Notes under the pieces: model-generated | The model's input: only the letters and a program-made list of their open reading frames with translations | Told to the model about the DNA's origin: nothing | Databases searched by the model: none | Position numbers and translations under genes: made by a program | Shown: piece by piece, positions 10,147 through 20,740 of the stretch | Layout: each line of letters begins with the position of its first letter | Numbering within the stretch: position 1 is the stretch's first letter | NCBI GenBank assembly: GCA_043812195.1 | Contig: JBDRML010000017.1 | Span: 1 to 45,561 of the forward strand | From: Candidatus Woesearchaeota archaeon | GTDB lineage: Archaea > Nanobdellota > Nanobdellia > SCGC-AAA011-G17 > PNOQ01 | DNA length: 45,561 nucleotides | Direction: 5' to 3'

Positions 10147-10585
10147 GGAAATCAGAAAAAAATTCGAAGTAATAGAAAAAAGAATTAGTATACTTGAAGG
10201 GTCATCTAAAAAAGAAGATATAATTCTTCAAGAAAAATCACCTGATGAAATCTTTGAAGAACATGATGGAAAAATTGTTATAACCAAAATTACTGGAGAA
10301 ACTCCTAAAGAAAAAGCAAAAAATATTGTCTTATTAAGTTTACTGGGATACAAACAAAAATTAGGAGAATTAGATGTTCATGCTTCTAAACTACGTGAGA
10401 ATGTTGCTATTCATCAAATTCCTTTAGAAAATTTTGGGACATGGGTAAAAGAATTAAGTCCTCGATCAGTTATGAAAAAAGGTAAGAGAGGGAGTACAAA
10501 AATTACATACAAACTAACTACTTTTGGGGAAGCAAAAGCTAAAAATTTATTAAAAGAGATACTTGCAAATGGAAAAACAGAATGA
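10139..10585 (+). CDS. Winged-helix-like protein
   Basis: C-terminal YKLTTFGEAKA wing motif; overlaps both neighbours (operon). Confidence 0.6.
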   Translation: MDEEIRKKFEVIEKRISILEGSSKKEDIILQEKSPDEIFEEHDGKIVITKITGETPKEKAKNIVLLSLLGYKQKLGELDVHASKLRENVAIHQIPLENFGTWVKELSPRSVMKKGKRGSTKITYKLTTFGEAKAKNLLKEILANGKTE

Positions 10586-11336
10586 ATTTACAAAAATATT
10601 TAACAGTATGCCGAAAGAGTTAAGAGAAAATTTAGAAAAATATTTTCTTGAGATTATTAAAAATTATAAAGAGAATCGGTGGGAACCATCAGAACTTAAC
10701 GGAGCCAAATTTTCAGAAGTTGTTTTTAGGATATTAGAATGGCACACAAACAATAGTTACACTTCTTTTGGTACTAAAATACAACCTTTCAGCGATAAGT
10801 TAAAACAATTCGAAAATAAAACAAATTTTTCCAATAGCATAAGGTTTCATATTCCTAAAATGTTAGCCGTTATCTATTCGCTACGTAACGATAGGGGTGT
10901 AAGTCATGTTGGGGGAGATGTAAATCCAAACCACATGGACTCTGTAGCAATAGTCTATATATCTAAATGGATTTTAGCAGAAATAATTCGTATTGTTCAT
11001 ACCTTATCAATTTCTGATGCTCATGAACTTGTTGAGAAAATTGTGGAAAAAGAGATTCCCGTTGTATGGACTATTTTCAATAAAAAACGAGTACTTAATA
11101 TAAATCTCAATTTTGAAGACAAAACTCTTGTTTTATTATATTCTGAGTACCCGAAAGAAATTAATGAAAAAAATTTATGCGCTTGGGTAGAACACTCTAA
11201 CTCTTCAATTTACAAGAATGTAATTAAAAAATTACATAAAGAAAAATTTATAGAATATGATAAAGAATCTTCTTCAGTCATAATATCACCCAAGGGAATT
11301 AAGAGGGTGGAGCAGGAAATTGATTTTATGTTTTAA
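10563..11336 (+). CDS. HEPN/Abi_C-like helical domain + C-terminal wHTH; candidate defence effector
   Basis: LRNDRGVSH (R-x6-H) motif within a helical domain; KKLHKEKFIEYD...ISPKGIKRVE wHTH tail. Confidence 0.6.
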   Translation: MQMEKQNEFTKIFNSMPKELRENLEKYFLEIIKNYKENRWEPSELNGAKFSEVVFRILEWHTNNSYTSFGTKIQPFSDKLKQFENKTNFSNSIRFHIPKMLAVIYSLRNDRGVSHVGGDVNPNHMDSVAIVYISKWILAEIIRIVHTLSISDAHELVEKIVEKEIPVVWTIFNKKRVLNINLNFEDKTLVLLYSEYPKEINEKNLCAWVEHSNSSIYKNVIKKLHKEKFIEYDKESSSVIISPKGIKRVEQEIDFMF

Positions 11337-11342
11337 CCTCAT

Positions 11343-11429
11343 TCATTTCAAACTTTTCCCAATAATTTTCTACTCTTCTTTGGTTATTCCATAAATCTTG
11401 TAAACTTCTTGGTCTATTTCATCATCTAT
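11343..11429 (-). pseudogene. C-terminal remnant of a type IIG/TaqI-like RM gene
   Basis: Translates [27 protein letters not shown], resembling the IDxxVYxLYGLTxEExxII terminus of such enzymes, with an internal stop. Confidence 0.6.
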
Positions 11430-13947
11430 TTTTTATGAATTCTTCGGTAGTGATAATTGTATCATATCCTCCAACTTGCTCAACTTTATGTTTGTATATT
11501 CCAGTGTAAGAAAGACTAGATTCTTCATATCTTTTGAACTTAAATACTGCATCATTCATCAGATTGCTGTTGAATACTCCAAGACTTACCAATAATTCAA
11601 AATCTTTTACTTTCAATCCTGTAACTTTTTTAAACAAGCCAGGTTCAAGTTTTGTAATAACATCTTTTAATGTTCTTTCTCTATAATCTGTTAAGTACAT
11701 GAAGATTGGGATTCTGGTCGCAAATTTGATAAGTTTCTTTTGTATTTCTTTTCTCTTACTCATATATTCTCTTTCTTCGTCTGATAATTTCTTCTTTTTC
11801 TTTGGAGAAATATTTTCATCATTGGCAAGTTTTTGTTTGGCCTTTTTTACAGATTCTGACTTATTGATAATTAGTTCTATATCCCTATTCAAACTTCTGA
11901 ATCCTTCAATACTCATCAGTGCTTCCATAGCCCTAGGATTGTTTAATATTTTGTTTAAGGTACCATTGTCTACATTAACCAATAATGCGCTTTCCCATCT
12001 TCTTGCAAGCAATGAAGCTGTTGTTCCACTCATAGCCATCTCAATTATTCCAGAAGCATCAATCTGTTTCATAGTACTTCCATCATAGGCAAGAACCGGG
12101 AGAAAATCAATGAATTCCTTGATCTTTTTTTCTGAATCTGTTTCCTCAGGATTTAGATTACAGCTATAATCTGCTATTTGCTTCAATGCCCTATTTGGTG
12201 CAAAATCAAAAATGTAGCATTCCCTCTTGATTATCTCTTCAGCATTTGGCGATTTTCCGTCTGGGTTCTTTACTGTCCATGGAGATTGTACCCTAAATGC
12301 TGCTTGAAAATAAGTTTCTGGACTTGTAAGATTTCTAAGCATGAGAATTCCTGTCCAAGGCTTCACAGTTACACCCGTCGTTAATTTTCCACATGATAAA
12401 GTAATTGATTTACTCTTCAATGGCTCTTCCATTGCCTTTTGAACAGGTTTTAATGCATCCAAACCAATACCTGCGCTTGCACCAGCAGCGACAACAATAT
12501 TGTAATCATGATAATATTTGTTCTGCTTCTGCATCAATAAGTTTTTCATAGCATGGCAAGAAGCAACATTAGGCATGAACCATATTGTATGGGATAATAT
12601 ATTTAACAATCTTGCATCTGAATAAGGTAAGGGTGGTTTTTTAGCCCCTAATTTGAGATTATCAAGATTTGATGCCAAATAATTTCCACGTATTAAGTCA
12701 AGCCATTTTTGAACATCATCTTCATAAACAAATTTTGCATTTTTTCCCTCACCTTTAGCAGAGAAAAATACATTTAAGTCAAATGTATCAAACTCTCCAC
12801 CACTAGCAAGATTTATGACTGAATGTGGTAACTGATATGTTAACAAAACTATTCTTGGAAGCGGTTCGTAAGGATTATTGGGTTTTTTCCAGTTTTCTTT
12901 TGCTCTTTGCTCATCAGAATAAGTCCAATGGTATATCTGTTCCTCAATAAATTCTCCCGAAATTATCGCTCTAAAAGGAGTTCCTGATAAGTAAAGATAT
13001 GCGCCTGTTTTTATGGGCATTATGCTTTCTAAATATTCAACTTTATCTTCTTCTTCAGGCCCTTTAGATGTCTCCTCTTCATATTCTTTATCTTCTATGA
13101 TAATCTCTTTTTCCTCATCAAACAAGTTCTTTGCCAATTCTCTCCAAGCACCATAATGGTATTCATCAAAAATAATACAATCCCATTTTGTTTTGTGAAC
13201 CCATTCATTTTTTGTTTTAATGCCACCTAAAGAGTTTCTTCCTAAATAATCCTGAAAAGAGCCAAAGCATATTATTGGCTTTTTCTGTTTTAATTTTTTA
13301 TAATCTAGATCTGAATGTCTGGAGAAAAACTGCCAACCTTCAAAATCCACATGATTTGATATATCTTCTTCCCATGCACTTTCAACAGCTGGCTTGAATG
13401 TCAATACTAGAATCTTTTTCCAACCCATTTTCTTTGCTAGTTGATATGCTGCAAAAGTCTTTCCAAATCTCATTTTACAATTCCACAAAAAATGAGGGGT
13501 CTTTTTTTCTTCCTTAAAACTAGAGAAGTATTCAGAGGCTCTTCTTACAGCTTCAATCTGCTCAGGCCTCATTTTAAAGTTTAGAGTTCTGTTATCTTCA
13601 TTTATAATTCCTGTTTTGAGTGCTAAAACTGTTGCTTTAACTTGCTCGACAGAGCATGCAAACCATTCTCCACCTCTACCTTTAACGCCTTTCTTAATAA
13701 GAAGCCTATGGACTGCATGATCATCAAAATAAGTGCCATCTTTTCTCATGGCAGATTCTTCAAAAACAATCTTATATGGGGGATTGCCTGGTCTTTTCGT
13801 AGGATATTGCTCTGCTACTCTTTTTTTAACATCAACTGTGGTATAACCTATTTTTAATAAGCCTTCATAAGACTTATCAGTATATGCGTAAATCTTAGGA
13901 CTCAAGTCTGGCTTTGGAGGAAAAAATTCCTTAATCTTCACTTTCAT
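11422..13947 (-). CDS. Restriction subunit: T5orf172/GIY-YIG-like nuclease + ResIII-type SF2 helicase
   Basis: IYAY...LKIGYT...V..R..EQ...GEWF N-terminus; CKMRFGKT Walker [18 protein letters not shown]. Confidence 0.85.
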   Translation of the reverse strand: MKVKIKEFFPPKPDLSPKIYAYTDKSYEGLLKIGYTTVDVKKRVAEQYPTKRPGNPPYKIVFEESAMRKDGTYFDDHAVHRLLIKKGVKGRGGEWFACSVEQVKATVLALKTGIINEDNRTLNFKMRPEQIEAVRRASEYFSSFKEEKKTPHFLWNCKMRFGKTFAAYQLAKKMGWKKILVLTFKPAVESAWEEDISNHVDFEGWQFFSRHSDLDYKKLKQKKPIICFGSFQDYLGRNSLGGIKTKNEWVHKTKWDCIIFDEYHYGAWRELAKNLFDEEKEIIIEDKEYEEETSKGPEEEDKVEYLESIMPIKTGAYLYLSGTPFRAIISGEFIEEQIYHWTYSDEQRAKENWKKPNNPYEPLPRIVLLTYQLPHSVINLASGGEFDTFDLNVFFSAKGEGKNAKFVYEDDVQKWLDLIRGNYLASNLDNLKLGAKKPPLPYSDARLLNILSHTIWFMPNVASCHAMKNLLMQKQNKYYHDYNIVVAAGASAGIGLDALKPVQKAMEEPLKSKSITLSCGKLTTGVTVKPWTGILMLRNLTSPETYFQAAFRVQSPWTVKNPDGKSPNAEEIIKRECYIFDFAPNRALKQIADYSCNLNPEETDSEKKIKEFIDFLPVLAYDGSTMKQIDASGIIEMAMSGTTASLLARRWESALLVNVDNGTLNKILNNPRAMEALMSIEGFRSLNRDIELIINKSESVKKAKQKLANDENISPKKKKKLSDEEREYMSKRKEIQKKLIKFATRIPIFMYLTDYRERTLKDVITKLEPGLFKKVTGLKVKDFELLVSLGVFNSNLMNDAVFKFKRYEESSLSYTGIYKHKVEQVGGYDTIITTEEFIKNR

Positions 13948-15505
13948 CAGGTATTTCCTCTTCTGGAGTTTCCGAAGTATTTGGTTTTATCATAGTTTCA
14001 ATAAAATTAATCTCTTCTTTTGTTAGCTTGTATTTTTTGTAGAGTTCTTTATCTGTCCAAGGCTTTGAAAAGTCTTGCATAGGAACGAAAGCATATGCAT
14101 TTTTCATGGTATTTTGGGTTATCTTACCAAGAGAAGTCATCATATGAAAAAATTTAGTCTGCATATAACTTACTACATTTTCAGATGTTTTCTTATTATC
14201 AAAAGGACCTATAACCAAATATGTTTCCGTACAACATGAATTTGGTTCTGCTAAAAAAGGATTTATCCAATCGGTTCTTAAATTCCCAATTCCCCATGCT
14301 TTTGGAATTAATATTTTATATCTGTTAATCCAACCAATATTCTTCTTTAGGTAGGATTTGTCAATATATCCAATACCTTCTTTCCTCCAACCATTATAAT
14401 AAAACAAAACACTATTTGCAGAAGGTTCTAACTTAAAATCAGGTTTTACTCTTTTGTAGCTATTCTCAACTCTAACATCAAATCCAAAAGGATCATTTGC
14501 ACTAATTAGTTCTGAAAAACTGTTTTCTTTGTAGTTTTGAACTTTCCTTAATATAGGAATTGCTTGGTTGTACCTAATGAAAGTATTTGCTCCCTTTTCT
14601 AATAATGGCCTTTCAGATTCCGAAAGGATAGTATCCGCTTCATGGGTGAATACTTTGCATTTACCTCTGTTGTCTCTATCCCACAGAAAATAACAAACCC
14701 CTCCTTTTATTTCAACACCTGGAAAACAATCTCCTGCATTAGGGTAATCATGAAGAATCCTTATTCTATCATCTTTTAACATATTATCTCTGAATTCATC
14801 AAGACCCCTTCCTCCACTGAACCAACGAGCAGGAATAATCATTGTTAAGAACCTTGGACTAAGTTTCTTTGCCTGCAAAACAAATTTATCATATATAGGT
14901 ATAGCACTTGTACCCATTCCTCCTCCATCATTTAGCTGATAAGGTGGATTCCCTATTATTACGTCGAATTTCATTTTGAATATTTCCTCCGGTTTATTTG
15001 TGTGAATGAACTCATAAGCGTGAGATTCCAATTCATCTCCTCGGTCATAAACTTCCTGGCTTGCTCCACAGTATTTGCATCTTCCATTTTCCCAAATGTG
15101 ATTAATATTACTAAACTTAATATTGCCGTCCTTGTTTTTAAATTCTGTGGAAACTGAGTATTTACCATTAGCTGTTTTTGAACAATATAATGACCTGCGA
15201 GACACCAAAGCTGTTAATTCTGTTATTGCTATTCCATATAATTGGTTATTTACTATATGATTTATTCTTTTCTGTTTGTCTGGAATCTGTTTTTCTAGTC
15301 CTTTATTGAGCCTCTTCGCTATTTCTCTCAGGAAAATTCCTGTTTTCGAGACAGGATCTAAAAATTTGGCATTTTTATCAGACCAAAGTTCTTTGGGTAA
15401 TAAATACAGCATTTCATTAACAATTTTAGGCGGCGTGAATACTTCGTCGTTGCTTAAACTCGCAAGACAGGTCAATATGTCTGGATTATAATCAATCTTA
15501 TTCAT
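13931..15505 (-). CDS. Eco57I-like N6-adenine DNA methyltransferase with target-recognition region
   Basis: [18 protein letters not shown] (motif I variant), [10 protein letters not shown] (motif IV), IIPARW. Confidence 0.9.
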   Translation of the reverse strand: MNKIDYNPDILTCLASLSNDEVFTPPKIVNEMLYLLPKELWSDKNAKFLDPVSKTGIFLREIAKRLNKGLEKQIPDKQKRINHIVNNQLYGIAITELTALVSRRSLYCSKTANGKYSVSTEFKNKDGNIKFSNINHIWENGRCKYCGASQEVYDRGDELESHAYEFIHTNKPEEIFKMKFDVIIGNPPYQLNDGGGMGTSAIPIYDKFVLQAKKLSPRFLTMIIPARWFSGGRGLDEFRDNMLKDDRIRILHDYPNAGDCFPGVEIKGGVCYFLWDRDNRGKCKVFTHEADTILSESERPLLEKGANTFIRYNQAIPILRKVQNYKENSFSELISANDPFGFDVRVENSYKRVKPDFKLEPSANSVLFYYNGWRKEGIGYIDKSYLKKNIGWINRYKILIPKAWGIGNLRTDWINPFLAEPNSCCTETYLVIGPFDNKKTSENVVSYMQTKFFHMMTSLGKITQNTMKNAYAFVPMQDFSKPWTDKELYKKYKLTKEEINFIETMIKPNTSETPEEEIPDESED

Positions 15506-16160
15506 TATCAGCTAACTCCATATAGTTGATGATTGGATGATCTTTATGCACATTGGGCAATATAACTCTTTCGCCGGTATCGCTATCTGTTGTGAAACTC
15601 CACAAAAGAGTAGGACTAAAAATATCTTTGAAAGAATATTCTTTTCTTTTAATCTTTGAATCATTATAGGGCATTGACCATTCCGAGAAAATTAAAGGTT
15701 TGCCTTTGGTATCTTTCATTGTTAAGGCATCACCGCATATAATATTTTTACTTAATATAAATTTCAAAACCTTAACATATTTATTGTTGATTTCATGTTT
15801 GAAGATAGCGATATATTCTTTTTCAAAGATTTCAAGCAAGCGATCTCTGCATTCTTTAACGTTATCTTCAAGTAAATCAATTCCATATAAACTGGAAATA
15901 ACTATGACTCCATATTTCTCATATTCTGGCTGGCTTTTTTGGTATTTTTGTTTTAAAACAGCTAACTTTCTATTTAATACTTCAACTAAAAAATTTCCCG
16001 TCCCGCAAGCAGGTTCTAGAAATCTTGAATCTAATCGTTCTGTCTCATTCTTCACTAAGTCGAGCATCCCATTTACTTCACGTTCATGAGTAAAAACTTC
16101 GCCATGGTTCATTACCCTATGCTTAGATTTTATTTGATTGTTTGAATTAATTTTAGTCAT
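15498..16160 (-). CDS. SAM-binding methyltransferase-like subunit lacking NPPY
   Basis: [37 protein letters not shown]; no catalytic motif IV. Confidence 0.8.
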   Translation of the reverse strand: MTKINSNNQIKSKHRVMNHGEVFTHEREVNGMLDLVKNETERLDSRFLEPACGTGNFLVEVLNRKLAVLKQKYQKSQPEYEKYGVIVISSLYGIDLLEDNVKECRDRLLEIFEKEYIAIFKHEINNKYVKVLKFILSKNIICGDALTMKDTKGKPLIFSEWSMPYNDSKIKRKEYSFKDIFSPTLLWSFTTDSDTGERVILPNVHKDHPIINYMELADNE

Positions 16161-16221
16161 GATTATTAATCTCCTTTGAAAACATTTTTTCTAATTATTT
16201 CTTTTCCCTGCTCTTTCGTTA

Positions 16222-19200
16222 TCATTTTATACTCACTTTAATCTCATTCCAATCTTGAATAATATCTTTACTACTTTTCCATAAATTGTTGAATTGAGCC
16301 AGAAGATTTTCTCTGTTATTGCTTTTTGAAATTTCACTTAGTTGCCCTCTTACCATAACATCCGGAGAAGGAATGTTATATGCTTCATACTTGCTAACAA
16401 TAAATCTATCATGAATAGAGGATTTTATTTTAGAGTCTATTATAACTTTAAGCTCACAAGCTATTCCTTTATTAGACATTTCTTCTCTAAAATCCTTGAA
16501 AACAGATCTGAAATTTTCATCTGCTTTTTCTATCGACATCACAATTTTGATTTCTTTTATTTTTTTATTGACTGACTCAGAAAGTAGTTCTAAGCCTTTC
16601 TTTGAGAAATATTTATCCACCCAATAAATATAGCCTTCGCATTTGTTTAAAGTATTCAAAAAGATTAATTTGTTTGTGAATGGACTTTCGGGAGTTATTA
16701 AAGTTTTTTCTACCTCAGAATTGGTGTATCCAACTAACTCTTTTATTTTTGATAAAACTAAATCATTTCTTTCTGATAAAAATTCTTCAAAATTATTTTC
16801 CAATAAACAATCATAAGCTTTCTTATTAACAAAGTGTGTTGTTAATATCTTAGTAAACTTACTTTCTTCTCCATCATATTTATCCTTAATAAACTCTTTA
16901 ACATAAACAGATGGATTTTTGTATCTTTTTATTTTTCTGTTAGTTTCATCTGACATCCAGGTCATATTTAAGATGGAATTGATGTATTTGTTAGAACCAA
17001 ATCCAAATTTAAACGATTTAGGGAATATATGATCTTTATCATTATTTCTTGCATTTTCTAAGGTTTGAGAAGTATCGAAATCTTTGGCACCTTCAAGAGC
17101 AATTAACGACATTATCCCTCTATACTTTGCATTTGATTGTGATTGTATCTCCTTGAAATATAAATTTGGAAGTTCCCTGTGCATTTGTGTTATTATTCTA
17201 GGAGTTTCATTATTATTTTCGAACCATTTTCTTAAATCTCTAAAATCTGTAGTCATCTGGGTATCAGCAGCTTGAGAAAAAGCATTTGTGAAAACCGCAG
17301 ACCAATACCATTGGGTTAATTTTCTATAACATTCCGCTTTATTTTCTTGAGAATCTACCAATTTTAACAGGGCAGTTAATACTGGGATCGTGGGTGTAAA
17401 AGGAAGTTCTCCTTCATCCTTAACACCAAATCCATCCCTCATGTTTTCTAATTTTTCTATTGCTTTATCCATATATTCTGAAAGATCATCCCAATCCTCT
17501 TCAAAATCTCTGTCAGATTCTTCATAAATATTGGAATAAATATCAAGGATATCTTTTCTCTTACATGAACTATTTTTTTCGTATAATAATGATAAAGCTT
17601 GAAGAATGTAGATTGGCATTTTAGATATACTTTTTGAATATCTAAGAATATTTGGATAGTTTTTTAATGTGGCATCCCACATCTTCTTTAATTCAATATT
17701 GTACTTATACAACCGAGCAATTAACAAATCAAATACGCTGAGTAATTTTCCTTTGGTATTTATGCTTTCAAATATATCTGTAACTTGATCTAACTGCATA
17801 CTTTCGGGAAGTGCAACATAAGGTATTTCAAATCCTTCCCACATATGTCTCAGTTTTTTGTCTATAACCCTTCTTATTTTTCTGACTTTCTCAGAATTTT
17901 CAGATTGTTTTAAAAGAAATTCTTCAAATTCATTTACCCATTCTTCATATTTTTCTAACTGATAAAGAGGAAATAGCATCTTCTTGAATGATTCTTCTTC
18001 TGAAAGCTTTCTAGCATGAACTTCTATTATTCCATTCTTAGAATTTTTATTAAAATATGAATTAAAATTGACATAATAATATAATTGCTCTTTACTGCCC
18101 TTTAGAGGAAATTTTGGGGCTTTAATAACATAATATAATGAAGTTATTCTTTGTTGTCCGTCTAAGATTATGGAATCTGGTTTAAGCTCTTCTTCAGTTT
18201 TCGCCACACCCAATATCGGTTGGATACCTAATTCAGGACTTCTATCCGTTTCCCATAATAAGAATGAACCAACATAATAATCATTAAATATTGATTCCCA
18301 AAACTCTTTAACATTTATCTTGTTCCAATCAAAATATCTTTGAAAGTGGGGCAATACCCATTTTGCTTTAGAAGCATTATATATGATCTGATTTATTTTA
18401 ATTCTTTGTGGATCTCCAAGAGAATGTGGTATAAAATCAAACTCTTTTTCTAAATTAGTATTCTCTACAAATTCTCTAAAATTTACTTCTTCAGATTTAA
18501 CCTCGTCTTCCTGTTCAATAATATTTTCTCCTTCTTCAGTTTCTTCTTTAATAGTTCTTCTTTCTTCACTTAATATTTCAGAATCGTACCACCAGCAAAA
18601 TAAATCTAGGTAATCTTGTTTTTTAAGAATGTCTTCCCCTAGGTCTCCTACAAATTCTTTTAATTTTTTAATATTATCTGGATATTCATTTAATTTTTGA
18701 GATAATTTTTCATTCTTTCCAAAAATAATAGTTATGTTCCTATACGACCTTATAGTCCTATTATTTACAACTGGATATAAATCATTCAAACAAAATAAAA
18801 TCGGTGTAATAGATCCACATTGCAATCTTCTACTATACTTATCTTTAGTAAAGTTTTCAATTAATTCAGGTAATTTTTTAGGATCTTTTTGAAAGTTTCT
18901 ACATAAATCAAATATTTTGTTAGCCAATAGATTCCATTCTTCATCTGAATAATTATAATCTTTAAAAAATAATTTAATGTTCATAAATGATGGAAATAAA
19001 CTTACTCTCTTTGCAACTTTGGTTTTTGAATATGGGAGGAGGCCATATAAAACCCATTCTGTAAATTCTGGGCTTTTATTATTCATTCCAGAAAGTTTTT
19101 TTAGTATTTCTTGGACTTCTACTTTTTCTTTTACCATAGTCTCAAGATGTTCTTTAGCTTCACTTGTTTGAAGATACTCTTTGAATTGAGCTAATACATC

Positions 19201-19233
19201 TTTAATTTTCTGTTTTGTATTATCCATTATCAT
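16222..19233 (-). CDS. GmrSD-like (DUF262 + HNH-like) type IV restriction protein with extra N-terminal and PLD-like C-terminal domains
   Basis: LPHFQRYFDW, ILDGQQRITSL, IFESINTKGKLLSVFDL (DUF262); DHIFP...N...N; VDKYF...IHDRFI in the C-terminal domain. Confidence 0.8.
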   Translation of the reverse strand: MIMDNTKQKIKDVLAQFKEYLQTSEAKEHLETMVKEKVEVQEILKKLSGMNNKSPEFTEWVLYGLLPYSKTKVAKRVSLFPSFMNIKLFFKDYNYSDEEWNLLANKIFDLCRNFQKDPKKLPELIENFTKDKYSRRLQCGSITPILFCLNDLYPVVNNRTIRSYRNITIIFGKNEKLSQKLNEYPDNIKKLKEFVGDLGEDILKKQDYLDLFCWWYDSEILSEERRTIKEETEEGENIIEQEDEVKSEEVNFREFVENTNLEKEFDFIPHSLGDPQRIKINQIIYNASKAKWVLPHFQRYFDWNKINVKEFWESIFNDYYVGSFLLWETDRSPELGIQPILGVAKTEEELKPDSIILDGQQRITSLYYVIKAPKFPLKGSKEQLYYYVNFNSYFNKNSKNGIIEVHARKLSEEESFKKMLFPLYQLEKYEEWVNEFEEFLLKQSENSEKVRKIRRVIDKKLRHMWEGFEIPYVALPESMQLDQVTDIFESINTKGKLLSVFDLLIARLYKYNIELKKMWDATLKNYPNILRYSKSISKMPIYILQALSLLYEKNSSCKRKDILDIYSNIYEESDRDFEEDWDDLSEYMDKAIEKLENMRDGFGVKDEGELPFTPTIPVLTALLKLVDSQENKAECYRKLTQWYWSAVFTNAFSQAADTQMTTDFRDLRKWFENNNETPRIITQMHRELPNLYFKEIQSQSNAKYRGIMSLIALEGAKDFDTSQTLENARNNDKDHIFPKSFKFGFGSNKYINSILNMTWMSDETNRKIKRYKNPSVYVKEFIKDKYDGEESKFTKILTTHFVNKKAYDCLLENNFEEFLSERNDLVLSKIKELVGYTNSEVEKTLITPESPFTNKLIFLNTLNKCEGYIYWVDKYFSKKGLELLSESVNKKIKEIKIVMSIEKADENFRSVFKDFREEMSNKGIACELKVIIDSKIKSSIHDRFIVSKYEAYNIPSPDVMVRGQLSEISKSNNRENLLAQFNNLWKSSKDIIQDWNEIKVSIK

Positions 19234-19376
19234 TTCCTCTCACTCTTCCTCGGCGTATTCCAGTAAGGTGATTTGCATTTTGGGCAGACTTTTGGCTCTT
19301 CTGTTGTAGTTTCCCGAGGAACCCATTTATGACTGCAACGTTCGCAAACATAGCCTTCTAATTTAATCTTTCCCAT
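19230..19376 (-). CDS. 48-aa Zn-ribbon protein, not in the ORF track
   Basis: Manual translation MGKIKLEGYVCERCSHKWVPRETTTEEPKVCPKCKSPYWNTPRKSERK*; homologous to 22152-22352; ATGA-coupled to the DUF262 gene. Confidence 0.85.
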   Translation of the reverse strand: MGKIKLEGYVCERCSHKWVPRETTTEEPKVCPKCKSPYWNTPRKSERK

Positions 19377-19474
19377 ATTGAATAGTTATATCCTCTTTAG
19401 TATATAAGTTTTACTATCTTACTAACCGAAGGGTTTAAATACTTAATAGTATATTACTAAGAGGTATATAGGTA

Positions 19475-20686
19475 ATGCTCATGAAACAACCGCAACCTTT
19501 CAGGAAAAAGAAAAGACTCTCAGATAAAAACCTTTCTCTTAATCGAAAAATCAGAGGATATGCTATTCTAGCAAAAGGCGATATGCCAATAGCAGTAAGC
19601 GAAGAAGAGTTTTTAGTGCCTTCACAAAGCTCTGATAAGAAGTATAAAGTAACAAATATCTCTGGATGGAACTGCGAATGCCAGGACTTTCAAAACAGGC
19701 ATAGTGACTGTAAGCACATTCATGCAATTAAACTTTGGATTAAGTTAAGAGCAAAACCAGAGATAGAAGAATTAAACATAGATACAAATGAAGAAAAATG
19801 CATCTACTGCAATTCTTTAAACGTTGTAAAGAATGGCTCAAGAAAAACAGCAATAGAAAACAAGCAAAGATTCAAATGCAAGGATTGCAAGAAAAGATTT
19901 GTTCTTGATCCTGTAAAGAGAATTAAAGGCAATGGAAAAATTGTGACTTTAGCAATGGATTTGTATTTCAAAGGATTATCATTAAGAGATATTTCTGACA
20001 CATTATTCCAATTCTATAATTTGAGAGTGCATTTTGATACAATTAGAAGATGGATTAGCAAATACACTCAAATCATGGATGACTACACGAAAGATTTCAA
20101 GCCAGAATTAAGCGATAAATGGCATATTGATGAACAAATGATTAAATCAAAAAAAGATTATATCTGGTGCTGGAATGTCCTAGACAGCGAAACAAGATTT
20201 TTGATAGCAAATAATGTAACACGAGGCAGAGAAATTAAGGATGCAAGAGCAGTATTAAAGATAGCAAAAGAAAACATTAAGGAAAATCCCAAAGAGATTG
20301 TAACTGATGGATTATGGTCTTATACAAGAGCAATTAAGAAAGAATTTGTTACAAAAAGAACAAGTCCCAATGCTGTTCTCCATTCCAGAAATGCTGGAAT
20401 AGCAAAGAAACTTCTTAACAATAATATGGTTGAACGTTATCATAATGAGTTTAGGGAATTTGACAAAGTGAGAAGAGGATTTAAGTCAGATGAAACAGCA
20501 CAGCAATGGAGTGATGCTTTTAGGCTTTATCACAACTTCATTAAGAAGCACATGGCTCTCAATGGAGCAACACCTTCTCAAGTAGCAGAAATTGATATTG
20601 ATTTAGGCAGAAACAGATGGCTAAGCTTACTCAAACAAAGCCTTAATCACCCGAATACGACAAAAAAGGAGGTAATATTAAAATGA
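19475..20686 (+). CDS. IS6-family-like DDE transposase with N-terminal SWIM finger and Zn ribbon
   Basis: CECQDF...CKHIH (SWIM), CIYC...VKNG...QRFKCKDC, WHIDE, IVTDG, NNMVERYH, FKS. Confidence 0.88.
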   Translation: MLMKQPQPFRKKKRLSDKNLSLNRKIRGYAILAKGDMPIAVSEEEFLVPSQSSDKKYKVTNISGWNCECQDFQNRHSDCKHIHAIKLWIKLRAKPEIEELNIDTNEEKCIYCNSLNVVKNGSRKTAIENKQRFKCKDCKKRFVLDPVKRIKGNGKIVTLAMDLYFKGLSLRDISDTLFQFYNLRVHFDTIRRWISKYTQIMDDYTKDFKPELSDKWHIDEQMIKSKKDYIWCWNVLDSETRFLIANNVTRGREIKDARAVLKIAKENIKENPKEIVTDGLWSYTRAIKKEFVTKRTSPNAVLHSRNAGIAKKLLNNNMVERYHNEFREFDKVRRGFKSDETAQQWSDAFRLYHNFIKKHMALNGATPSQVAEIDIDLGRNRWLSLLKQSLNHPNTTKKEVILK

Positions 20687-20740
20687 CCCTTTAATACGAC
20701 AGAGAGTGATAAGGGCTTTGCCCGATAACCCTATGAAAAG

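Larger units (their letters stand above)
7745..20706. mobile_element. IS6-like cargo transposon (about 13 kb) carrying defence genes
   Basis: Imperfect 23-bp TIRs at 7745-7767 (CTCTCTGTCGCATCTACGGGTCA) and 20684-20706 (rc CTCTCTGTCGTATTAAAGGGTCA), 19/23 identical. 8-bp TSD TGATAAGC at 7737-7744; its right copy (20707-20713 + 28124) is split by a later insertion. IS6-type transposase abuts the right TIR. Confidence 0.85.
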
